A program made the position numbers and the translations under genes. Positions 1 to 9,308 of a DNA stretch of 64,000 nucleotides are shown piece after piece. Each line of letters begins with the position of its first letter. Position 1 is the first letter of the stretch. The notes under the pieces are model-generated. The model saw only the letters and a list, made by a program, of their open reading frames with translations. It searched no databases and was not told where the DNA came from. Source of the stretch: Candidatus Omnitrophota bacterium (GTDB lineage: Bacteria > Omnitrophota > Gorgyraeia > Zapsychrales > Fredricksoniimonadaceae); assembly GCA_030650275.1 (NCBI GenBank), contig JAUSEK010000008.1, positions 811-64,810 on the forward strand. The letters are read 5' to 3'.

Positions 1-5
1 GAGAT

Positions 6-836
6 GTGCCGCCGTTCACATGCCTTGAATTGAACATCCTGGCCATTTGTAACCGCAAATGTTTTTTTTGCCCTAAATCCGATCGGGAGAAATTTCCTAA
101 TTTAAAAGAGTATATCTCTTTTGAATTCTATGAAGAATTGATGAAGCAGCTTGCCGGCGTTCATTACCGGGGACGCATTTCGTTGTGCGGCTTAAGCGAA
201 CCGTTCATTCATAAAGGACTTAATCGCCTGGTGCAGATCACTAAACAGCATTGTCCGAAGTGCTATCTGGACATTATTACCAATGGTGATTTTTTAACGG
301 TGGATAACGTCAAGGAACTTTTTGGGTCCGGGTTGGATAACCTGAAAGTGAGCATGTACGATGGGCCGCAGCAGATCCCGAAGTTTGAGAAGATCAAAGA
401 GGCCCTGCAGTTGACAAATAAGCAGTTTGACGCACGTCCGCGGTATTTGTCCGCCGATCAAGATTTCGGGATGACCATTAATAATAGAGGAGGGTCTGTC
501 AATCTGCCGCAATATAATGTGGTTCCTTTAGCCGAACCTTTGAAACAAAGCTGTTATTACCCGTTCCATAAATTGATCATTGATTACAATGGGGATGTCA
601 TGATCTGCCCCAGCGATTGGGAAAAACGGCTGGTTGTCGGAAATCTCAACAAAAAAAGCATATTTGAGATTTGGAATTCACCAGGTATGAAAGAAGTGCG
701 TTTGCGGCTCATCAATAAAGACCGCTCCAAAGCGCCTTGCACGCAGTGCAACATTCATGGCACGCTTTATGCCCAGAAACATTTTGATGCCTGGAAAGAC
801 TATTACGGAGTGAGCCAAAAGCGTGCAAAAATTTAA
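6..836 (+). CDS. Radical SAM protein with a C-terminal SPASM/twitch-like Cys cluster. The 5' end may be truncated by the window edge: the first in-frame codon is GTG at 6 and the CxxxCxxC motif sits only ~16 aa in.
   Basis: CNRKCFFC (CxxxCxxC) motif at aa 16-23. C-terminal cysteines CPSDW...CTQCN. Paralog of the CDS at 2763..3662, sharing the VSMYDGPQQI motif. Confidence 0.7.
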   Translation: MPPFTCLELNILAICNRKCFFCPKSDREKFPNLKEYISFEFYEELMKQLAGVHYRGRISLCGLSEPFIHKGLNRLVQITKQHCPKCYLDIITNGDFLTVDNVKELFGSGLDNLKVSMYDGPQQIPKFEKIKEALQLTNKQFDARPRYLSADQDFGMTINNRGGSVNLPQYNVVPLAEPLKQSCYYPFHKLIIDYNGDVMICPSDWEKRLVVGNLNKKSIFEIWNSPGMKEVRLRLINKDRSKAPCTQCNIHGTLYAQKHFDAWKDYYGVSQKRAKI

Positions 837-1797
837 TTTTGGTTTTGTCGGATGCGGGAAAATGGCCCACGCTCACGCGGAGGTCGTTAAATCCATCGGC
901 CACAGGATCGGGGCTGTTGTTGCCCGTCCGGGGTCATCGCACATTGACAGTTTTTCCAGTTCCTTTGGTGTTGTCAAAAAGTTTTATGCGTTGACGAAAT
1001 TCATGGAGGAGCTGAAGCGTTCCCCAAAGGAGTATGATGCGCTGGTGATCTGCGCGGCGTGGGACGCGCAGGAAGGGATATTAAAACAGTTACTTCCATT
1101 TAAAAAACCTGTTTTTGTCGAAAAACCTGCCGTGTTGTCCATGGCTGCCTTAAAAAGGATCAAGACGCAGCGCGGCACAAAAAATATATACGTGGGGTAT
1201 AACCGGCGGCATTACGATTTTATCCCGCGGCTCAAAAACATGATCGCCCGTGGAGGCCTGGTCTGTGTGGATATCCTGTCGGCTGACCCCTGGACCATGC
1301 TCGTCAAGCAGCGGGGGGCAAGGATCAAGGGCCATATCCTGCATTATTATACGGCGCATATCATTGACTTGATGTTTTATCTTTTAGGGGACGTGAAACT
1401 AAACCAGGGCGCGGTTGTCAGGCATCAGGGGAAGGATTCCTGGGTTTGCCAGCTGACGGCAAAAAAAATACCGGTCCAATTGAAGGTATTAATGGACAGT
1501 CCGCAGAACAGTTATATGAAATTCTTCTTCAAAGATAAAGTCGTGCAGTTGTGCCCGCTGGAGACAATGGTCATCTACGATCGGATTGAACGGGTCCAAC
1601 GCAATGGCCGGGGCATTTATCGTCCCGGCGAACGTGCCCGCATGGTGACTTCGGACACCTTTAAGCCGGGCCTTTATAACCAGATGTCTTATTTTCTGAA
1701 AAATTTTGTCATTCATAAGAATTCTTCCAATGAACAGTTCAAACAGTTGGAAAACGTCACGGCCTTTTGTGATGAGCTTCTTCAGATGAGGGCATAA
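823..1797 (+). CDS. Gfo/Idh/MocA-family NAD(P)-dependent oxidoreductase
   Basis: N-terminal Rossmann motif FGFVGCGKMAHAHAEV. Length 324 aa. ATG at 823 overlaps the upstream gene end. Confidence 0.65.
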   Translation: MQKFNFGFVGCGKMAHAHAEVVKSIGHRIGAVVARPGSSHIDSFSSSFGVVKKFYALTKFMEELKRSPKEYDALVICAAWDAQEGILKQLLPFKKPVFVEKPAVLSMAALKRIKTQRGTKNIYVGYNRRHYDFIPRLKNMIARGGLVCVDILSADPWTMLVKQRGARIKGHILHYYTAHIIDLMFYLLGDVKLNQGAVVRHQGKDSWVCQLTAKKIPVQLKVLMDSPQNSYMKFFFKDKVVQLCPLETMVIYDRIERVQRNGRGIYRPGERARMVTSDTFKPGLYNQMSYFLKNFVIHKNSSNEQFKQLENVTAFCDELLQMRA

Positions 1798-2750
1798 TGA
1801 AAAAAATGATCGATGACGCTAAAGAAGTTTTTAAGATCGAGGCCGAGGCGATCCTGCTCTTGTCAGAGCAGCTCGATGAGAATTTTTCCGCGGTGGTTGA
1901 AAAAGTCCTTTCGTGCAAGACGCGGGTGATCGTTTGCGGCATGGGCAAGTCCGGCATTATCGGACGAAAAATTTCCAGCACGCTTGCCAGCACGGGAACG
2001 CCGAGTTTTTTTATGCACCCCGGGGAGGCCTTTCACGGTGATCTGGGGATGCTCAAGAAGGAAGATATTTTAATTTTGATCTCTTATTCGGGGGAGACGG
2101 AAGAGGTGCTGCGCATTATCCCGTTCTTAAAAGAAAATGGGAATATGCTGATCTCCATGACCGGGAACCCTGGATCCACCCTGGCCAGAACAGCGGATCA
2201 CCATTTGAACGTGGCTGTCAAAAAAGAGGCCTGTCCGCTGGCCATGGCCCCGACATCATCAACAACCGCGGCGCTGGTGATGGGGGACGCGCTGGCGGTT
2301 GCCCTGATGAAAGCAAGGAATTTCAAGGCGGAGGATTATGCCCGCTTTCATCCCGGGGGAAGCCTGGGACGGCGCTTGCTGACACGGGTGGGGGATGCCA
2401 TGACCACGGGCAATTTGCCGCTTGTTTCCAAAACAACGCCCATGAAGGATGTCATTACGATCATGACTTCGGGGCGTTTGGGGCTGGCGGTCGTGGTGGA
2501 TGAAAAGGGCCTCATCATCGGGGTCATTACCGATGGGGATTTGCGCCGGGCGCTTAACAAACACGAGAACATTTTCCAGTACAATGCCGAAAAATTCATG
2601 ACCAGGGGTCCCAAAACCATTGACAAAGACCTTTTGTTATATGAAGCCGAGAAGCTCCTGAATCAGTACGCCGTCAACGCCCTTTTGGTTGCGGATAAAG
2701 AAAAGAAACTCCTCGGTATACTTTTATTCCATAATATCCAGCATCTTTAA
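1797..2750 (+). CDS. kdsD: Arabinose-5-phosphate isomerase (SIS domain plus tandem CBS domains), KdsD/KpsF family
   Basis: VIVCGMGKSGIIGRKISSTLASTGTPSFFMHPGEAFHGDLGM is the SIS motif. The C-terminal CBS pair (VITDGDLRRA) is also present. TAATG stop/start overlap with the upstream gene. Confidence 0.75.
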   Translation: MKKMIDDAKEVFKIEAEAILLLSEQLDENFSAVVEKVLSCKTRVIVCGMGKSGIIGRKISSTLASTGTPSFFMHPGEAFHGDLGMLKKEDILILISYSGETEEVLRIIPFLKENGNMLISMTGNPGSTLARTADHHLNVAVKKEACPLAMAPTSSTTAALVMGDALAVALMKARNFKAEDYARFHPGGSLGRRLLTRVGDAMTTGNLPLVSKTTPMKDVITIMTSGRLGLAVVVDEKGLIIGVITDGDLRRALNKHENIFQYNAEKFMTRGPKTIDKDLLLYEAEKLLNQYAVNALLVADKEKKLLGILLFHNIQHL

Positions 2751-2762
2751 GAGAGTTCCCTG

Positions 2763-3662
2763 ATGACCCCGGAAACCAAAAGCAAAGAAGAGATCTTCCA
2801 GCAAACGATCCTCGTTAATATTAAACGCAAATCGCTTTATGTCGACCAGGTCCAGATGCGGGAGGGCGTGCCGTTATTCAGCTGGATCGATATTAACCCC
2901 ACTGAACTGTGCAACCGAAAATGCGTATTCTGTCCGCGTGTTGATCCAACAGTTTATCCGAATCAGAATTTGCATATGCCGGTGCCCTTGGCCCAAAAGA
3001 TCGCGGACGAACTGCGCACGTATCAATACAAAGGAGGCGTCATTTTTTCCGGCTTCGGAGAACCTCTCCTGCACAATAATTTTCTTAAGCTGGTGTCCAC
3101 CTTTGGCTATGATATTCATACGGAGCTTGTCACCAACGGCGACCGGCTCACCGTCCCATTGATCCGGGAACTTTACGCGGCCGGAATGGGTGTGATCTTG
3201 GTCAGCATGTATGACGGGCCTCACCAGATCGGACATTTTCGCAAGATGTTCCAGGAGGCCAGGGCGCGTGAAGATCAATATGTCTTGCGGGACCGCTGGT
3301 ACGACATGGAAAAAGATTTTGGGCTCAAACTCACCAACCGCGCCGGCATGGTCACTACCGGTCATCAGATGGAAGTGGATGTGAAAAGACCGTGTTTTTA
3401 CACACACTATTCGCTTCAGGTCGATTGGAATGGCGAGGTGCTTTTATGCGTCCAGGATTGGAATAAAAAAGTAAAATTCGGCACTGTGGCTGATCAGTCA
3501 TTGTTTGAGATCTGGACATCTGCGCGATTCAGCGAATATCGCAAGAATCTGGGACGAGGTTCCCGGTGCCTGGCCCCTTGCAGCGGTTGCAATGTCAACG
3601 GAACATTGCACGGGAAGAAGCACGCGCAGATCTGGAATGATCTTTACAAAACCATCCCATGA
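2763..3662 (+). CDS. Radical SAM/SPASM-twitch protein (paralog of 6..836)
   Basis: ELCNRKCVFCP CxxxCxxC motif; VSMYDGPHQIGHF; C-terminal CLAPCSGCN cysteine cluster. Confidence 0.7.
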   Translation: MTPETKSKEEIFQQTILVNIKRKSLYVDQVQMREGVPLFSWIDINPTELCNRKCVFCPRVDPTVYPNQNLHMPVPLAQKIADELRTYQYKGGVIFSGFGEPLLHNNFLKLVSTFGYDIHTELVTNGDRLTVPLIRELYAAGMGVILVSMYDGPHQIGHFRKMFQEARAREDQYVLRDRWYDMEKDFGLKLTNRAGMVTTGHQMEVDVKRPCFYTHYSLQVDWNGEVLLCVQDWNKKVKFGTVADQSLFEIWTSARFSEYRKNLGRGSRCLAPCSGCNVNGTLHGKKHAQIWNDLYKTIP

Positions 3663-5005
3663 GCCATCAGACGCTTAAGAAAAAATTATACCGCGTGTTG
3701 CATCAACGCAATCAACCCGCATCCGTTTATCTCCGTCTTCGTCGAAAAGCCCGCATTTTTAATGAAGGTTATGCAAAAAATAAACTGCACGCCGTTAAAG
3801 CCCGGGGCTGTTTGATCACAGATGTCAGCGGTCACATCTACATTGATACCGCGATGGGAGCGGGAACGCATCTTTTGGGATATGCGCCCGGCGTCCTGAC
3901 CAAAGCCGTTAAAGAGCAATCCTCCCGGGGAACGTTGTACATCCTTCCCAACCTGCATGCGTATCAGCTGGGACGGCTTTTGACCAAAGCCATTGGGCAT
4001 TTTGACAGTTTTGTGTTCTGCAATACCGGTTCAGAGGCCACGATGCGCGCCTGCCGCATTGCCCGCGCGTATACGGGGCGGAAAAAAATCGCCATGTTCA
4101 GCGGCGGATGGCACGGCGGTCACGACGGTCTTTTGTTTGACGAAGATTATAAAGGCCGGGAGACGGCCCCAAAGATCATTTTCAAATCCGCCGGCGTGCC
4201 TGACGAGCTTAAAGATCTGGTGCTGATCCTGCCTTATCATTGCGACTCCGCCTTAACAATGATCAGGAAGCATAAAGATGAGCTGGCTATGGTGATCATT
4301 GAGCCCGTACAAGGTTCCAACCCGCGTGATGATATGGGGGAATTTTTGAAAGAATTGCGCGGGTGCACAGCAAAGAACAAGGTCCTTCTTTGTTTTGATG
4401 AGATCATCTCGGGATTTCGACTGGCTCCGGGGGGCGCCCAGGAATACTACGGGGTTAAAGCCGATCTGGCGACCTACGGCAAGGCGTTGGGCGGGGGACT
4501 GCCCATCGGGGTTGTGGCCGGGCCAAGATCGATCATGAATGTTGTGACAGGTCAAAAGAGCGGCCGGACGGTTTTTATGGGCGGGACTTTTTCGGCGAAT
4601 CCGTTGGGCATGTGCGTGGCCAGAACATTCCTGGAATATCTGCTCAAGAACAAAAAAAGAATTTATCCGTTGATCAATGATCATGGACAATACCTGCGGG
4701 ATTCTGTCAACGCCTTTTGTTTGCTTCATCGCATTCCCGTGCGCATGATGGGCATCGGCTCGATGTCGCGGCTGATCTTTACCGATCGCGCCGTCCGATC
4801 GCGCTGGCAGAGGGACCATTTTGAAATAAGTCGGGAGATCCAAGATCTTTTTTATTTATATCTTCTTCTTGAAAAGGGAATTCACGTCAATCATAACCGG
4901 ATCCTTTATCTGTCCACGGCGCATCACAGAGAACATGTGCAGAGGATCATTGACGCGATCACGGAAACCCTGCAATATTTCTCCAAGAAATTAAAACTTA
5001 TATAA
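3659..5005 (+). CDS. Class III PLP-dependent aminotransferase (glutamate-1-semialdehyde aminomutase-like)
   Basis: ATGA start/stop overlap. YGKALGGGLPIGVVAG covers the Lys-PLP region. GSA-AT-like N-terminus GCLITDVSGHIYID. Confidence 0.7.
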   Translation: MSHQTLKKKLYRVLHQRNQPASVYLRLRRKARIFNEGYAKNKLHAVKARGCLITDVSGHIYIDTAMGAGTHLLGYAPGVLTKAVKEQSSRGTLYILPNLHAYQLGRLLTKAIGHFDSFVFCNTGSEATMRACRIARAYTGRKKIAMFSGGWHGGHDGLLFDEDYKGRETAPKIIFKSAGVPDELKDLVLILPYHCDSALTMIRKHKDELAMVIIEPVQGSNPRDDMGEFLKELRGCTAKNKVLLCFDEIISGFRLAPGGAQEYYGVKADLATYGKALGGGLPIGVVAGPRSIMNVVTGQKSGRTVFMGGTFSANPLGMCVARTFLEYLLKNKKRIYPLINDHGQYLRDSVNAFCLLHRIPVRMMGIGSMSRLIFTDRAVRSRWQRDHFEISREIQDLFYLYLLLEKGIHVNHNRILYLSTAHHREHVQRIIDAITETLQYFSKKLKLI

Positions 5006-5017
5006 CGGAGCTCGATC

Positions 5018-5710
5018 GTGCGTAAAGAAGAGCTTGTCTCCAAAGAATATGTTTTTAAAAAGGTCAAAGGCGATCAACTGGCCTTTGTCGGTGACTTCGA
5101 TGTGTTTTATAAGAATGAAGACGACCCGTGGGGCCAGAAGGGCAGTGACGTCAGACTTAACGAATACTATCAATATTCACGCCGTAATCTTTTAGAGACC
5201 CTCCGGACGTTCACGAGTTCAAAGACAAAAGTAGGAATTCTGGAAGTCGGCTGTGGTTTGGGCTACGTAGCCGATTTCTTAAATAAAGGGCTTGCAGGGG
5301 CCCAAGCCGCTGTCACCGGCATGGACATCAGCCAAACAGCTGTCGCAAAAGCCAAGAAAGTTTTCCCCCATCTTAATTTTGTCGCTGCGGACATAGGTGA
5401 GGTGGATTTGAAACACAAGGCCAGCTATGACGTTATCATTATGAGCCAGATCTTGTGGTATGTCCTTGAGAAGCTTCCGCAGATCTTTAGAAATTTTAAG
5501 CGGTTGATCAAGCCCAGCGGACATGTGGTCTTTGTCAATGCGTTTTTGCGTGAACAAAAATATGGCAGGAACATTGTTGACGGTTTTGATGGCTTAGTTC
5601 GTTATGTTATGACGAAACACGGGACCCAATTTCGTCTGGTCAGTGCGAAGATAGATTATTCTAAAGAATTCATCCATGACGATGGCATTGCCGTTTTTCA
5701 AAAGAAATGA
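5018..5710 (+). CDS. Class I SAM-dependent methyltransferase
   Basis: Motif I ILEVGCGLGYVADFL; 230 aa. Confidence 0.65.
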   Translation: MRKEELVSKEYVFKKVKGDQLAFVGDFDVFYKNEDDPWGQKGSDVRLNEYYQYSRRNLLETLRTFTSSKTKVGILEVGCGLGYVADFLNKGLAGAQAAVTGMDISQTAVAKAKKVFPHLNFVAADIGEVDLKHKASYDVIIMSQILWYVLEKLPQIFRNFKRLIKPSGHVVFVNAFLREQKYGRNIVDGFDGLVRYVMTKHGTQFRLVSAKIDYSKEFIHDDGIAVFQKK

Positions 5711-6636
5711 AAAACCTGCGGCTCTTAAAAGCTTTTTGCGCCGGCTACTTTAAATATAAAAAATTGTTCGCCGATGTCGGTCTCGAGCTGGGCCAATGCG
5801 AGTTGATCGATGGGGTCAATATTGTCTTGCTGGTCGATCGGAAAAGATCCATTGTTTATCGTTGCGCGTTGAATGCATTGGGCCGTGAAGGGATCATCAA
5901 TAATTATCAGTTCCTTACGGAATCAAAGATTGAGGGCATTCCGGCCCCGATCGCATTGGTCCACAAGGGTGGGGCAGTGGTCAGCGCTGAGAGATTTTTG
6001 CCCGGCAAGCCCGTTGGCGTTAATGACCAAGAACGTTTCAGCGCCATCATGGACCAGCTTTCTTTGTATTATAAAGCAAATCTGGTCCAGGTTGAATTCG
6101 ATGTCCGTCAGTGGTTTGAATATTATGACCGTTATTTGCGCTTTATTGATCCTGTTTATGCGCAGAAATTGGCTGATCTTAAGGTTAAGCTGATCAAAAA
6201 GTGGCCTTCAGGCCATCAGGCCGCTGTGCATACTTATATCCACGGAGATCTGACGTTCAGGAATATATTGGTTGAGGGGAATAAGATATTTTTCTTTGAT
6301 TTTGACCGCTCCTGTATTGATTTTCCTGAATTTGATGCGTTGCTTTTCCATCTTGATCTGCTGACCCATCAAACCGGGCGGTCCAGCTATGATGTTTTCC
6401 TTGATCATCTTGCGCGATTTGCTCATGGGAAGACCGATGTCCCATTGTTGGAGGGTTTTTATGACCGCAACCCGGCTTTTGCGGGCAATACGCATATCAA
6501 AGGCCTAAAGTATTTATTTTTGTACAGGGCCTTGATCTTTGGGTTGTATGATCTCAATAACAAAGAAAAGTTCAATTTAAACCGGTTCGATAAATTTTTA
6601 CAGGAACTTGATGAGACGTCTAGCAAGGATCTCTAA
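5707..6636 (+). CDS. APH/choline-kinase-like phosphotransferase (protein-kinase-like fold)
   Basis: YIHGDLTFRNILV is the catalytic HGD..N motif. FFFDFD is the DFD/DFG Mg-binding motif. ATGA overlap with the upstream gene. Confidence 0.6.
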   Translation: MKNLRLLKAFCAGYFKYKKLFADVGLELGQCELIDGVNIVLLVDRKRSIVYRCALNALGREGIINNYQFLTESKIEGIPAPIALVHKGGAVVSAERFLPGKPVGVNDQERFSAIMDQLSLYYKANLVQVEFDVRQWFEYYDRYLRFIDPVYAQKLADLKVKLIKKWPSGHQAAVHTYIHGDLTFRNILVEGNKIFFFDFDRSCIDFPEFDALLFHLDLLTHQTGRSSYDVFLDHLARFAHGKTDVPLLEGFYDRNPAFAGNTHIKGLKYLFLYRALIFGLYDLNNKEKFNLNRFDKFLQELDETSSKDL

Positions 6637-7312
6637 AGTTTTTCCTTACCTGTTCATCAATTTCATCCGTTGCTTTGCATTGGTGGAATTGTATCAACCC
6701 ACGTACAATCCTCGCCGGTTATTTCTGGTCCGTTCAGGCCCCATTCAGCGGGCGTCCGATGACAGGATCCAGGCCATTGAAAAACATGTGCCTGTGGAGG
6801 GGATCAATACCTACATGGACTTGGGCTCCCAGCTGGGCTATTTTCTTTTTAGGATATGCGCTAAGAGAAAAGAAATGGTCGGGTATGGCGTTGAAATGGA
6901 CGGCCTGGCCTGCCACTATGCCAATGCCCTGGTTTTTTTGAACGATCTGGAGAATATTTCTTTTATCAATTTGAAACTCACCGCATCATCGGTCAAGAAC
7001 TTGCCCGCCTGTGACATGGTCAGTTTCTTGAATGTTTTTCATCACATTGTGCATTTTGAGGGCTTCGACGCGGCGGATGCCGTCATGCGGGAACTTTATA
7101 AAAAATGCGGCCGTTATTTCATTTTTGAAACAGGACAGTTCGATGAACCAGGGTATTATTGGCACGGGTCCTTAAAGTTCATGGGTGAGAAACCGGAACA
7201 GTGGATCCGGGACTATCTTCTCACGCTGGGGTATCAACAGGTCGTTTTAGTGGATAGGTTTCCAAGCCATTTGAGTGATCGCAAGAGGGCTTTTTTTATT
7301 TGTACTAAATGA
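6611..7312 (+). CDS. Putative SAM-dependent methyltransferase
   Basis: YMDLGSQLGYFLF motif-I-like G-rich loop. Overlaps the upstream gene end by ~26 nt. The start is ambiguous (TTG at 6608 or ATG at 6611). Confidence 0.4.
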   Translation: MRRLARISKVFPYLFINFIRCFALVELYQPTYNPRRLFLVRSGPIQRASDDRIQAIEKHVPVEGINTYMDLGSQLGYFLFRICAKRKEMVGYGVEMDGLACHYANALVFLNDLENISFINLKLTASSVKNLPACDMVSFLNVFHHIVHFEGFDAADAVMRELYKKCGRYFIFETGQFDEPGYYWHGSLKFMGEKPEQWIRDYLLTLGYQQVVLVDRFPSHLSDRKRAFFICTK

Positions 7313-8172
7313 TGCGCGTTCAATTCTTCCTTAAAAAGATATATCAATTCTTCCGTCGCCACGCCGGCATTCTGATTTATATTCTTTCCGGAAGAAAACC
7401 CTGGAGTATAGGTTATGGGGAGTATAAAAGACGTGAGATCGCCCGCCTTTGTTCTGATGGGGACCTTTTGAGCGCCTTCTCGCAAAATAGGCCTTTACCG
7501 GCCAATTACGGCCACCGGCTTGATGAACGGATCATTGAATATCCCTGGGTCTTGTCCAGATTAAATTCTAAACACAAGGGGATACTCCTTGATGCCGGGT
7601 CAACTCTCAATTTTGATCTCATTCTTTCCCATCCTGTTTTGATCAACCGGACCGTTTATATTTATACCCTGGCCCCGGAAACGGTGATCAGCCGGTCCAA
7701 TGTTTCTTATATATACGGTGACTTGCGTTCAACAGCTTTTAAAGACGAGCTCTTTGATGACATCGCTTGTATTTCGACCCTTGAGCATGTGGGGATGGAC
7801 AATACTTTTCTGTATTCTGATGATCAGGGATTCAAAGAGTCCGCGGGCCATGATTTTCTTAAAGTGATCAATGAATTCAAAAGGATCTTAAAGCCGGGAG
7901 GAAGGCTTTTCATAACGGTCCCTTTTGGTGAATATGAGCATATGGGCTGGTTTCAGCAGTTCAATGGGAACATGGTGAACAGCGTTGTGGAAAATTTTAA
8001 GGGAAGAGAAGCAAAAGTGGCTTATTATCAATACCTCCCGTCGGGCTGGCGATCAAGCACTGCGGACCAATGCGCGCACTGCCGGTATTTTGATATCCAC
8101 AAAACCGGGAAATTTGACCCCGATTGCGCGGCGGCGTCCCGGGCCGTTGCCTGCATAGAATTGATCAAATAG
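7309..8172 (+). CDS. Putative SAM-dependent methyltransferase
   Basis: ILLDAGSTLNF and LKPGGRLFITVPFG motifs typical of class I MTases; ATGA overlap. Confidence 0.4.
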   Translation: MMRVQFFLKKIYQFFRRHAGILIYILSGRKPWSIGYGEYKRREIARLCSDGDLLSAFSQNRPLPANYGHRLDERIIEYPWVLSRLNSKHKGILLDAGSTLNFDLILSHPVLINRTVYIYTLAPETVISRSNVSYIYGDLRSTAFKDELFDDIACISTLEHVGMDNTFLYSDDQGFKESAGHDFLKVINEFKRILKPGGRLFITVPFGEYEHMGWFQQFNGNMVNSVVENFKGREAKVAYYQYLPSGWRSSTADQCAHCRYFDIHKTGKFDPDCAAASRAVACIELIK

Positions 8173-8189
8173 CCGAGGTTTTATTGAAT

Positions 8190-9308
8190 ATGCGCGTGGT
8201 GGTCGATGGTGTCATTTTTCAGGCACAAAAATACGGGGGCATTTCACGTATTTTTCATGAGATCATGCCGCGGATATGCGCGCTTGATCAAAGTGTAGAG
8301 TTTATCCTTTACACCGATGGCATACTTTTACAACACCTGCCCTGTCATCCGCGGATCATTCAAAAGAAAAATTTTCCGATCCATTCGTTTCTAAGGCCGC
8401 AAAGGTTATGGGCCCCGTTGACGCCGGTTCTCCGTCAGATATTCCAGAAAATGGTTCTAGGGGACGGGCAAGGCGTCCTCTGGCATTCAACTTTCTTTAC
8501 ATGGCCCAAAGGATGGAAGGGAAAGCGGGTGGTCACTGTTTATGACCTCATCCATGAGAAATTTTCTCATCTTTTTAACGGGCGCGATGATGATCTGTTT
8601 CGAAAAGAAAAAAAAGAGTGCATTGAACAAGCGGATGCGGTCATCACCATTTCCGAAACGACGCGCCAGGATGTCCACAAATTGTACGGTACGCCGCTAA
8701 GTTCCATTTTTCCGGCGCATTTGGCTTGCAGTGAGGCCTTTAAGGTCTTAGGCGAGAACGAGAAGAAGCCGTTGCCTTTGATCACCAAACCTTTCTTGCT
8801 GTATGTCGGAGGCAGGGTGCATTACAAAAATTTTGATTTGCTGGTTCAGGCCTTTGACCGCTGGCCGCAGGCCAAGCATGCGCAATTGGTGTTGGTGGGG
8901 GACGCGTTAAATGAAGCGGAAGAAAGAAAATTGCGTGAACTGAACATCCTTGAGCATGTCTGTGTGATGAGCAAAGCCGGCGATGACACGCTCTGCCAGC
9001 TGTACAATCAGGCGGCGGCGTTTGTTTATCCGTCGTTATACGAAGGTTTTGGAATACCCCTGCTGGAAGCGATGAACTGCGGATGTCCCGTGGTGGCTTC
9101 CCGCATTCCAACGACCCAGGAGATCGCCGCGGATATTCCTTTGTATTTTGAACCGACCAGCGTTGAAGGGCTGGTCCATGCCTTGACCCAGGTTTTTCAA
9201 GGCAAGGACATGGAGCGCGTTGCATCGGGTTTGGCCCGGGCCAAAACATTTTCCTGGGATCAAACGGCAGAAGAGACCTTAAAGGTTTACCGGAAAGTCC
9301 TGCAATGA
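8190..9308 (+). CDS. Glycosyltransferase family 4 (GT-B, retaining)
   Basis: EGFGIPLLEAMNCGCPVVAS is the GT4 signature. GAGGTT RBS at 8175-8180. The ORF-track start at 8124 overlaps the upstream gene. Confidence 0.75.
   Translation: MRVVVDGVIFQAQKYGGISRIFHEIMPRICALDQSVEFILYTDGILLQHLPCHPRIIQKKNFPIHSFLRPQRLWAPLTPVLRQIFQKMVLGDGQGVLWHSTFFTWPKGWKGKRVVTVYDLIHEKFSHLFNGRDDDLFRKEKKECIEQADAVITISETTRQDVHKLYGTPLSSIFPAHLACSEAFKVLGENEKKPLPLITKPFLLYVGGRVHYKNFDLLVQAFDRWPQAKHAQLVLVGDALNEAEERKLRELNILEHVCVMSKAGDDTLCQLYNQAAAFVYPSLYEGFGIPLLEAMNCGCPVVASRIPTTQEIAADIPLYFEPTSVEGLVHALTQVFQGKDMERVASGLARAKTFSWDQTAEETLKVYRKVLQ

Noticed and set aside
1797-2750. Complete Kdo biosynthesis cluster
   Set aside because: Only kdsD/kpsF is present. 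No kdsA, kdsB, kdsC or waaA homologs were recognised in the window, so the isomerase probably serves a different sugar-phosphate pathway here.
8124-8189. Upstream extension of the GT4 gene (ORF-track start at 8124)
   Set aside because: It overlaps the preceding gene by 49 nt. A GAGGTT RBS and the conserved GT4 N-terminus support the ATG at 8190.
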